Source: Schmidtea polychroa
Lineage: Eukaryota
Direction: 5' to 3'
DNA: 64,000 nucleotides
NCBI GenBank assembly: GCA_044892525.1
Contig: CM097887.1
Location: 74,028,001-74,092,000 of the forward strand
The stretch's first letter is position 1, and each line of letters starts with the position of its first letter. Under the pieces are notes generated by a model. The model searched no databases and was not told where the DNA came from. It saw nothing but the letters and a program-made list of their open reading frames with translations. The position numbers were made by a program, and so were the translations under genes. Positions 21,928 through 33,700 of the stretch are shown one piece after another.

Positions 21928-22533
21928 TCAATTGAAACACTCTACCGGTGTTCTTTCACTGTTTACCAGGAACATGGTTGACTTTTCCAAGCTGCTTTCA
22001 ATTACGACAGCTTTCCGTGTCAATTCGTCAAAATCGTCGCTAGTATGTAATATTAGAGCGTTCCTCATTGTAGGAGTAAGTCCTGCCCATAGCTGATCCT
22101 TAACTAACAATTCTGTTGGCTTTGCCCATGTGGTTTTTGGTCCAAATGCTCTTTCAGCAATTAAAGATAGCTGGTGTGCAAATTCCCCCACATGTTCATT
22201 GGCATTCTGTTTTCGATGGTAAAATTGTTGTCTAAATATTCTTCCCGCATCTCCGGGCAATATTCGAGCAGTCATTTGTTCTCTCATTTCGGCCCATGTT
22301 TTCGGTACTTGAGCAACTGGTAATGCCATAATGTCATTATATTTTTCTCTTGCCAGCCCCTTCAAATATATAGGCAGCCTTTGTATCATGATATTATCTG
22401 GATAGGCGTATGCTTTGGCCATCTGATAATATTCAGACATAAACTCTGGGAATTCTCCCGGATCACCGCTGAATGCCTTTACGGGCAGAGCGGGATATCT
22501 GGCAAATGCATTTACATTAGCTTCCTCTGCCAT
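21928..22533 (-). CDS. Gag capsid domain (retrotransposon gag), ending at an in-frame TGA inside the first zinc knuckle
   Basis: PVKAFSGDPGEF...LPIYLKGLAREKY...RKQNANEHVGEFAHQL...DQLWAGL. Reading on through the stop gives CFN*HRKGHIAKDC, in frame with 21882. Confidence 0.9.
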   Translation of the reverse strand: MAEEANVNAFARYPALPVKAFSGDPGEFPEFMSEYYQMAKAYAYPDNIMIQRLPIYLKGLAREKYNDIMALPVAQVPKTWAEMREQMTARILPGDAGRIFRQQFYHRKQNANEHVGEFAHQLSLIAERAFGPKTTWAKPTELLVKDQLWAGLTPTMRNALILHTSDDFDELTRKAVVIESSLEKSTMFLVNSERTPVECFN

Positions 22534-22610
22534 TTGATTTTCCAGTTTTACTCTGGTTCTAGTTCCTAACGCTATTTTGTTTTAATTCAATATATACCCG
22601 CTGATAATTT

Positions 22611-22630
22611 GAATCACGTCGGGCTCACCA
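22611..22630 (-). promoter_or_regulatory. Primer-binding site complementary to the 3' end of tRNA-Trp
   Basis: Minus strand TGGTGAGCCCGACGTGATTC, 3 nt after the 5' LTR. The complement GAATCACGTCGGGCTCACCA matches the metazoan tRNA-Trp 3' end (…AATCACGTCGGGGTCACCA) with 1 mismatch. Confidence 0.85.
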
Positions 22631-22633
22631 AAA

Positions 22634-22781
22634 TGTTAGGTTCGATGGGTATGTCTTCGAACTAACACAAAAATGTTCTATCTGACTCCACGTAAATAAT
22701 TTATGCGCGTAGGTATAAATAAACAAGAAATATGATTTAAATATTTATTTTTCAATTAAAAGATTATTCACACGTTTAAAT

Positions 22782-22816
<35 letters not shown>

Positions 22817-23738
22817 TACACCACGCTGCTTTCTCTAAGTATAGAAAACGGTTATTCAAACCGCCCTGAAGAGTGTTACTAAGTATCAAGGCTGGCCCTA
22901 AATGCGCCAACAGCCCGATATAGGTGAAAGGAAAAAGAGAACGGGACAATCACCAAAATTTTCGCTATAGAGTTAACCCAGAAATTGGTTAACTCTTTTC
23001 AAATAATTATTGATAACGACACAACACAAAAATACGTGCTGACGTTATGATACCCCTTATTTGAAATTACTTTAATTTGTTAAAATATAAACCGATTTGA
23101 AAATTACTTATAACTATTTAAATAATGATAAATACTAACTGATTTAATATCTTTACCAAATAACGTTATAATAGATAATCCACAAAATTAGCTTTCGATC
23201 CAATATTTCCAATACAAATTCTTCAATTTGATTGTCGATAAGACTAAATTCCCAAAAATTCAAAACTAAATTTTCCTTTAATCGATGAAAATTATGCCAA
23301 CTGTCACTTCGCCGAAAAATTAGTTTACGATAAAACCAAATTTCCCAAAATTCCAAAACCTGACGAGAATTAGTTGGTTGCTAAAAATAGAATTGACTTC
23401 TTCTTCTCTAATTTCAGACACTGCGGTTTTCTGCCTTCTCACTTCGTCCCTCCTTCTAATTTTTATCTATTATTTATACTAATTTATTTTACGTAATTCT
23501 ATTAATAGTAATTGTTTAATTACTATTTTTATTATATATTTTAAATAATTTCTATAATTCTATTTTTAGTAATTATTTATTACCAATTATATTTTAGTTT
23601 TAATTTTAGTATTTACTTTCTATTTTTGGTAATTTTAAAATACTATTTTTATTTTAATCCTAATTTTGGTAATTAATTATTATTTTATTTATTATCTAAT
23701 TTCGAACGTTTATTTCCGGTTCCTACTGAACCCCAACA
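22634..23738 (-). repeat. 5' LTR (1105 bp)
   Basis: Direct repeat of 8790-9880. The 14-bp length difference is entirely in the TA microsatellite. AATAAA on the minus strand at 22744-22749. Confidence 0.97.
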
Positions 23739-24368
23739 TAATAATAATTAATCCAATTTATAATAATTTATTATAATTTTCATATTCTCTCCATCGAAAT
23801 CTTCTAATATGTCTAAATAATATATTATCTCACTCGGATAGCTTGTAAGATCTATTAGAAATTATTAATTATAAAAACACACTTTTTTAAATTTCTAATT
23901 TTCTATCAGCTACTTATTTAAACAAACTTAATTATTTATTTCTACACCTAGCATCCAAGTGGAGTACAAATTGATCTCTGTCAATGTGATATTTCTTTGG
24001 AAACCAACGCTTATAACTTTTTAGAAACATTTAATTGCATTGCAAGATCTCTCATAGAACCTTTTATCTTTCCATAACGCTTACATAACATAAAATTCCG
24101 TACGTCCCGAATCGCCTAAAAGGGCAAATATAGACAAAAATTTCATTTTTAGTATTAACTCATTTCCTGCTAAATTTATTTTTATCTTTTTTTTCAAATA
24201 ATATTAATTATATATAATAATTATTTACTAAAAAAAGAATTTAATTTTATTACGTTAATTAATATTAATCAAAATTAAAATTAATTAATATTAATTAAAA
24301 TTAAAATTAATTAATATTAATTTAGATAAAAACTTAATCAGTTTTCATACCAATTAATTAATAATTAA

Positions 24369-24597
24369 CCCTTTCAGCCCTGCCGGTGGCATTTGTCACC
24401 ATAACATTTAGAGGTCTCTACTTAATATACATGTCCATATTTTTGCTCTTAATAATTAGGTGCCATTCCAACTAATTAATTCCTATACATATGAAGCAAA
24501 CCAGTTCAAATTTTGTTTTGTAAAGCTTTTGTAAAGCTTTCCACTAATAATAATTAAAAAAAATATTTTCAAATTTAAAAACCAATGGCTTAAATGG
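24369..24597. mobile_element. Probable piggyBac-type MITE
   Basis: TTAA|CCCTTTCAGCC ... GGCTTAAATGG|TTAA (imperfect TIR 9/11, TTAA on both sides). Confidence 0.5.
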
Positions 24598-24733
24598 TTA
24601 AAAGATAAAATTAATGTAATATAAAAAAATAAAAATCTAATAAATGTAAAGGTCAGAGTATAGAGATAAAACCTCCTAAATTTGCTACATTAAAACAAAA
24701 CACTCGATGAGTTCTTTTAATATTATTTGCTAT

Positions 24734-27700
24734 AATTGTTAAAATAAGATTCGAAATATTACAAATGAAGTCTTTCTTGGATTAAAAAAAATCAAAGTCC
24801 CTATTATTAAACTATAAATCAATTATTTATGAAGTCAAAAGCGGACTTACCACTTGAACTGAAACGACAGATTCATGAGAAAACCAAAAAAATGATGTAT
24901 AAAGTTCAAGTGAGCTTTCTGTCGCACATTGAAACTTCTATGATGGTAGAAAAATTGTTCAGTGACGTCCATGACATCAGATGGTATAGTTTAAGTGATG
25001 TATTTGATCAATTATGGGAAAGTCAAGAAATCAGATTAAAAATTTCACTATAAATTGGTCAGCTCAACAAGTGATTTTAAGTTTTATAAATTATTTTTCC
25101 GACAATATTACACGACATTAAATTTCAGATTATTTTTAACCAATAGAAAATGAACATTTTTGGCACAGCCTTTCTGTTGGTGCTGTTGTCGATTATCACT
25201 AATGCAGGTAAATTGCTTTATAAATTTCATGAAAAACAAATAAAAAAATATTTTTTCTTTCGTTCTAGCAAGAACGCCACAATTTATCAATCCTTGTTCA
25301 ACGAAATGCTCATTTGAGGAAGATAGAATTTTCAAATCCGGACAAAAGTACGTCTACTCATATGAAGGAGAATCAAATATCAAAACGACAAAAGGATCAT
25401 ACGAAACGACAGGCGTCAAGATAAAGTCCAAAGTTACAATTACCGGCTTGTCAAATTGTGAAATGAAACTCTCAGTAAGTATTCATCATTATTTTTAAGG
25501 AATAAATAATAATTTTTTTATAACTTGCACGTTTTGCTTATCACGAGCAACGAAACGGAAATATAAAACTATGAGCCACTTTGAATTTAAGTTGGAATTT
25601 ATGCCAGTAAAATTCAGTTTGGCTAGATGCTACTAGACTCATTATATAATAAAAAACTCAAAAAACTTAATTTTAAAATTCATTTTCCTAGTTATCCGAC
25701 GTACAAATCTTCGATAAAACGTCTGGCGACGGAAATCAATTCAAAGAATCACCGAATAGCAACAAATTCAAATCGGCATTGGAACTGAATGATGTCTTTT
25801 TCACCAAAGAATCCAATGAAGTCAAATCCGTGTGCATGGATAGCGAAGAACCCCTTTGGTCTGAAAATATCAAAAAAGCAATTTTAGACAGTCTGGCCAA
25901 CCAAGGAATCCAAACGAAACATAACACTTACAAGGTATTATTATATTTTTGTATTGAAAGCATTTCCAATAATATACAATCAAGGTTTGAGAGACTGAAT
26001 ATAAGCTTTTTCATCTTTTAGCGTGACCTTGACAATTAATATTGTTTTACTTTAATTTGATTATATTAATTTTATATTATAATTATTAATTATTTAGTTA
26101 TGAAAAGGTTATAAACAATTAATTGACATATAATTAAGCTCAAATTTATCCTAAATAGTTAATAATTAAAACAAAATTAATTTAATCAAATGGAAATAAA
26201 ACACCTAAATGAAAAATTGACTCTTTTCTATTTCAAGTTCATGTTGATAATATAAATTTATAATTTTAAAAACAATAAATAATTCATTTAATAATAATAA
26301 TATCGACACCCAAAATATTTTTTTAAATAAGTAAAATAAAAATCAAACTTCAAAGATAGAAAGATTGAAGCAAATTAAGGGGATTCGACCTGACTAAATA
26401 CTTATCCTAATTAAGTTAACCTTCAAAGATCTATGAAATATTAATTCCTACTATTTACAAGCCAAACTTGCTATCAGTTTTATGAAAAAAACGATTAGAA
26501 AAATGTCATTCTTCTCCTGTTTAATGTTCACCAGTAAATTTTTGGGACATAATCCTTTCGACGCGTTTCAACATAACTCATAAATTAAGTTTATTTCATG
26601 CTTCACTACTTTCTGTTGAATCATTGTCATATTCACGCTTAGTCATTTCTTACTTCAGATTGCTTATGAAATTCTTTTCAAAACTGTTTTCTTTATCATT
26701 GCAGAATGTCTTAGTTCGTTCTTCAGCCTTTCCCAAATTTTGCCAAAGATTGGCAGTGTTTGGTCTGATTCAATACTTCACACTTATGTCCTTTAAAACC
26801 TTAACATATTGAATAAATTTCAACTTCTCTTCAAAATTAAGAGTTTTCTATTGTTAGATTGAAAGAATACTTTTTATTGACATGTAACTATTGTCACAAA
26901 TTTGCTTAACATTTTATTTTAAAATATGCCAAATTAAGGGGCTCGTAAAAAAGTCGTTTTTACCTGTAATGACGAACGAGGTCCCATTTATATTAATTTT
27001 GTATTTTTTGAATATTCCATGTTCAAATTTTAAATATTTAACATTAAAATAAAAATTATTAATTGATAAAATTTGTATTTATTTCTATTAAACATTCAAC
27101 AATATTTTATTGACTATAATAAGTAGATAATTTAAGTAAAATATATTTTATGTAAAGTCAGTGCATATTGAAAATATTATTTGAAAATTTTTTTATTTTT
27201 AAATTTAATATTTTAATTTTTTGTCTTCCATCAATGTAAATTTTCACTTGAAATTATTTTAATGTTATTAAAATAAAAAATTGATAGAATAAAACGGTTT
27301 GTTTTTAAATGCTTTTATGTTGTCCAAAATCCAAAAATAAATTGATTTTTTAAAATTTAAAATTGTAAAAACTCTTTTTTAATCATGATGATCGTAGAAG
27401 AAATGCAATAAAATGGCACCTCTATTAAATTTATCAAACATTATGCATTAAAACAAATTTATTATCGCTTTTAGAAAACAAGTCATGGAAAATGTTTCAT
27501 CACTTCTTATGAAAAATCACCGAAAGAAGACGCAAGTACAAACTCTGTCAACTTCCAATACGATTTACAAACCTGTGACAATAAGCAGATCTCGAATTCC
27601 ATATTCAGTGACATCACTCGATTTGTAATATTCAACACCTCTCAAGTCTCTTGCAAATATCTTTACAAAGACCAGTCAGACTTGGTTTCAATCCGATGTC

Positions 27701-30700
27701 AAGAAGAATACAAAACCGCCACGATTAAAACAAATGATAACCAAATAGTCGTAGAAATAACAACAAATATTTATAAAGAAAATCAACTACCGACTTCAGA
27801 CCGAAAATTTCCAAGTAAATTATTAAAGATTCTAAATTAGATGAAAGTAATGTTGCAAACCTTTAGATAAAAATCTAATTGAAACTTCCATTGAACAAAC
27901 TGAAGATGAAGTCGAAGCTGAAGAGTCAACATATCCGGCTGTTAAAAAAACCCTAAAAGAAATTTGCGCCCAGTATAAATCATTAGAATCGTCCAAGATT
28001 CCGAAACTATTCATGGACTTGGTAAATCAATTAAAGAGCTTGAATTCAAAGGAGTTTAAAGAACTGTATCTGGACATTCAAAAATCCGATATCTGTCCCG
28101 AAAAAGCCACGGAAATAAAGTGAAATATTTGATTTTTCTTCGAGAAATTAATTTCTTTTATTTAGATCGGTTTTCTACGACGCTTCCGGATTCGTAAACA
28201 CTCAATCTTCGATATCAGTTATGGTCGATCTAATAAAAACTTCTCAAATTTCACTATTTGATCAGAACATTTGGCTAACATCCTTGTCTTTCATGCAAGA
28301 AGCTCCGACAATTGAAACATTGAAAGAACTCGAAACAATTGTTTCCGTTGCAAATCCCAACACTCCATTGTTTCTCAGTCTGGGTTCGCTGACTCATCTT
28401 TATTGCAAAGAAGATCCGAAATCGTGTCTAACTGATCCAACTATTGCCAGTATAGTTTCAAAATTTCTTCACAATCTTAATGAAGATTGCTCGATTCCTA
28501 AGGATGCAACCGATGATCACGTCACCAAAATACAAATATCTCTCAAAGGTCTTGGTAATCTAAAATACTACCCAGCGAACGTTATTAAAACTCTTAACAA
28601 ATGCATAACCAAGGACACTAATAAGCTATCAATCAGAATCAGTGCATTGGAGGTCATGAAACATATGGACTGCAAACAAGACGTAATTTTTTTCTTCATG
28701 AGTTTATTCTCAGTTTAATCCATTTACGGATAAATATACCCTATAGTAATAAAACATATTTAACATCGAATCACAACTCATTGACTTAACAAAAATGTAT
28801 CAATGTAGATAATTTATAGCGGCATTGACTTTCCAAATTATTTTTTATCAAATTATAAACTGAAATAATTAAAGCCATCAATTAAACAAATGCATTTTAC
28901 GAACACTTACGAACAAAAACAACATTTTTAAAATAGCCATTTGGAGAAATTGAATAAATTATGCAACATCGATAGTGAAAACTTAATTTTCAGATAGCAT
29001 TGAAATATAAATGTCATGTTGTCGATTAAAAATAAAAGTTAAGGTAAACTTTCAATTTTACTTATGCCGACTAAATTTTCAATTGTAGGTCTAAAAATAT
29101 TTTTTTATTATTATAAATCTTAACCAAAGTCTTTATAAACGTTAAAGGATTAAACTGAAGTGCAAACATTAAATTAATTTTGTAAATAAATTAAATTCAT
29201 TTATTTTAGCGAACAAATGCCTTGAATATTTTGCTCAATAACGAAAATGACTCAGAACTGAGAATCAACGCCTATTTAACTGTAATGGGCTGTTCCGATA
29301 TCAATACTCTTTTCAAAGTCCGAGAGGTATTATCCAAAGAGAAGGTCAATCAAGTAGGGTCATTCATTTGGACACATCTTACAAACATCAAAGAATCAAA
29401 TGACCAGTTAAAAGTTAACATAAGAGAATTGTTAGACAATGTCGATTTAAAGAAAGAGTTTGACATTAGTAAATTGAAGTTCTCCAGAAACATTGAAAAA
29501 ACCTTCGAGACAGTCAATTACGGAGTTAATTTCGATTCCAATGTTATTTTTTCAGAAAAGTCTTTTGTACCTCGATCAGTGTCATTAAATACAACTGCAT
29601 CAATATTTTCTAAATCGACAAATTTCCTTGAAATGTCTGCACGACTTGAAGGTTTGGAAGATCTTCTTTTCAAGTTACTCGGACCAGAAGGCTATCTAAA
29701 GAAAGCAAAAGGTATTCAAGATAACCTAGAGTTAATTAATATACTGAATGAGATGAGTGGTAGTGTAAACATCAAACTGTTTGGAAATCAAGTCTCATTC
29801 ATTGAACTAATACGAGGAACATTAACTTCAATCAAAAAATACAATATCATTGAAGAAATAATGTATTGGACTCAAGATAAAAGTTTCGATTTCAACAAGA
29901 ATATACAACTCGTAGATAAGACTGTAGTCATTCCGACATTATTGGGATTTCCATTGAAATTCAAGTTACAAGGGTCAGCAGCGATAAACATAAAGATTAA
30001 ATCCAAATTTGACGTAGCTGGATTGGTTAGTTGGCCAATATCCATGAATATAGACAATTATATTTCTCCAAATATCAACGCAGAACTTCATACGGAAATT
30101 GTTTATCAAACACCTTTCACGAGCTACGGAATGAGAATGAAGTTGAAATCAGGAACAAATACAGAATTCAAGGCAACAATATTCACCAACAAAAACGAAG
30201 AATTATCTTTAAAATTTGACAGTCCCAAAACTGTTCAGAATATTTTTTCAGTAGAAGGAAACGCATATGTAATACATAGAGATAAAGAAATTATTCAATT
30301 ACAGGATAAATTAAAAGAAACCAAATTGTGCACATCAGAAATGACGGTGAGGCTTTTGGGAATAAGAGTCTGTGGAGAAGCCAAATTACTGGATCCTTCA
30401 ATTCGTAAAGATACACTTCTTTTTGGACCATTTGCCGCAAAAATATTCATTGCAAAGATAGACACTCAAACTGAATACATTCTTCAAGCCTCGGCGAAAA
30501 CCTCGGCATTCATTTCACAAACGGGAAAAGTATACACCAACCGCCATATTAAATTCGAAATCAACACACCTAATTCAAGGTATTACGATCGAAGGTTTTA
30601 TGGAGAACTTATGATGGACTTCAAACAAAAAGACTTCAAATTAGAACTCGTTACACCATGGACCGACGCACTTGTTTCTGCAAGACTAAAACTAACTGAC

Positions 30701-33700
30701 GATGAAAGAAAAATTGCTTTCAATTTTAAAGCCAACAAACAAAACATCATTGACATTTCGGCAGACCATTTGGTATTTTCATCATCAAAAAGATCCAATA
30801 CCAAAGGAGGAATTTCAATTCGAATCTTGAATTCGACACCGATTAAAAACAGATGGAATTTGGAAGTGACTAACGACGAATACTCATTCAATTTTATATC
30901 GAAAGGCTTATTAAAGGAAGACACTCACTTAAAAATCAAAGTCTTACGAAAAAATTCCTACAGAAACTTGTCTCCGTTTAATACGTACGAAATTTCAGGA
31001 TTCTACAATACCTATTTTGGAAATGGAAAGATTTCAGGAAGAACGAGTGAAAACTACTATGGACATCGATGGGATATTAAAATAAACCACAGGAATAAAC
31101 AACTGAAAGAGTACCAAATCATATTTCGACACAAAACTGAAGATAAAAGCTCAAAAAACCTCAACAAATACATTTTAACTACGACCTTTAATTACGGAGA
31201 AAAGGCGGAAAACTTTATAAATTTCAAAACCGAAAACGAATTATCTGACAAACATATTCGAACATCACTGAAAGCCAGTTATGGTGGGAGAGAAACACCA
31301 AATAACAAGGCGTACGAAGAAGAAATGAGTATGAAACTATATGGAGGTTACACTTGGAAAAGCGATGCCATATATTACGCCGAAGGCAGTCTCAGTTTTA
31401 AATTACCGTCGAAAAATCTTAATTATGAAGGTCGTTATGTAAGCGAAATTGGCAAGAGAGTATTTAAATTATCATTGGATCTTGATAAAGACCAACAATC
31501 AAAAATCAACCTAAAAATTAACTATCTCCAGCCAAAACTTTACTTGAAGGATACAGATTTCGATGTCGTGTTTTCTCTGCCATACCATAACTTTGACCTC
31601 AAATGGAAACTGATGGAAATTGATGTTAACAAATACACTTACACCCTCGACAGTAAATACAACACATATGACATGAAAATCGACGGAGTTCACACTCAAA
31701 TTTCAAGACTAGATCACGACTCCTATGTATCCATAAAATTGCCTCGAATCCAAGGATTTCCTACAGATGTCAAAGTAAAATTGAGAGTCAATCTAGTTGA
31801 CATGGCGAAAGCTAAAATCCAAGGAGGAATTGAAATTCCAAACACAGATTATAAATATTCCTTCGACAGTGAGCTTTCATACATTCCAAATAACCTCTTC
31901 AAGATCTCGAAATCCGAAATAAATTCCGTCCTCAAATACAATATTGAAATTTCCAGTAAACAAAGACTATTGAAATCTAAATTCATCTTCACTTGTTCTC
32001 CAGAAGAGTTTAGAACTCTCTTCAATGTCGATTTCAATCGAAACGGCAACACTGATGATCAACTCGAGTTTGACATTCAAGCTTTGCACAAAAATCCAGT
32101 TTATAAACAATTTGACAACGTCGCCCGTTTAGCAGTCCGATACCCAGGAAATCGACATTCGATCGGGTTTAAATCCGAATTCAAATACAGCGAAATGCTC
32201 GCTCAAATAGACCTGATCTGGAATAAGAACCAACGAATTTCTATTACGTCGACATATGAATTGGATAACAGTTGGACACAGAAAGGTTTGACGGCCTCTT
32301 TAACAGTGAAAACTCCATTCGTCGGTTACGAACAAATACATTTCGGAATCAATGCTTTTGGACAACTTCGTTACAGAAAGATCAACTTTGAATGCAAATG
32401 GGCTGACAATAAAAAGTTAATGTTTGACATTGTTATTCAACCAAGGAGTTCGAGCGATTTCTCACTAAATGCCAAGCTGACCAGTCCCTTTAAAGGATTT
32501 AATTTGGTAACATTTCAAGCTAAACATATCCACACTTCTAACTCGATTAACACTCAATGTGTCGTTGAAATCGGACCAGTGAAACGATACCAAATAAAGT
32601 TCGAAGCAATCAACAACAGTGAAGATAAAAACCGAGACCTTATGTCAAATATTCTAATTGAGAGTGGGATCTATCCTTCATTCAAAATGTCTCTTTTGCA
32701 TAAAGACGATTCAGTACATTACAAGAGTCAGTTCGATGTCCTTTGGATGAAGACCCAATCTATCAATGTCAAAAGCGATATTTCATTTAATCTAGAAGAT
32801 TACGAATTAAAAACAAAAGGAAATGTCGAATTATTCTCCTCCATTAAGGTAGCGAAACAAATGAAAATTGTTTGGTCATTAGAGAATCAAGACAGTCAAT
32901 TTTTACACAATGTCCAAATGTTCCATAATAACAAAAACCTTTTCCAAACAACAATCAAAGGATTCTATGAAACCGAAGGTGACAAGTTAAAAATGGAATT
33001 CAATGGAGTTGCATCGGTTATGAACGGCAGATCCATGAAGATTGCCAATGTTTTCATCTATAGTGTTTCTTCTATTCAAAATCAGTTCTCCATCAGTCAA
33101 GAAACAAACACCATTTACTCTCACAATTTCAACATCAATTCAAAGAATCTAAAACTGAAACTTTTCATTCCAAACATCAAATCGAAAACCGTGGAATTCG
33201 AATACAAAATAAACAAGAAAGAAGGGGAAGTTGAAAGTCAAATTTTCGTGAAAATAAATGAAAAGCATTTATTCCACATTGAGACTGAAGAGAAATATCG
33301 GCAGTTAGACAACAAGGAAATGAAAATAAAACATATCTTGAAATTCATGTCGGATAATACATTCATCAAGAATTTTGAAACGGAAACCGAGATTAAAACA
33401 AAACCTCAATTTTTCAAAGTGGACTTCAAACTGAAATCGGACAACCTCGTCACGTTAACGGTGACCGCGGAAGCGTTCAAAGAATCCCATAAAAAGAAAA
33501 TCCTACTTATTATCGACTCAAAATCCGAATCCCCAAAACAACTGAAATTTGACTGGGAACATATTTATAAAGATTCCGATAGTTCATTTACTAATAGTTT
33601 GGACTTTAGTATGAATAAAATTTTACACTTCAACTCGAAGATCAATCTCAAGAGTTTTGAACTGATAAAAATCGACATCATGCTAAAAAAGCGAGATATT

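Larger units (their letters stand above)
8790..23738 (-). mobile_element. Full-length Ty3/Gypsy LTR retrotransposon carrying an envelope glycoprotein and extra ORFs (14,949 bp)
   Basis: Two TG...CA LTRs; 4-bp TSD TAAT at 8786-8789 and 23739-23742; PBS; PPT; PR-RT-RH-INT domain order; internal region visibly more GC-rich than the host flanks. Confidence 0.97.

Noticed and set aside
10186-22533. Alternative nuclear genetic code (UGA as sense)
   Set aside because: None of the host exons I translated needs an internal TGA, and one of the element's in-frame stops is TAA.
24829-25053. 74-aa ORF upstream of the lipoprotein gene (and its copy at 48582)
   Set aside because: No recognizable domain. 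It recurs only because of the duplication.
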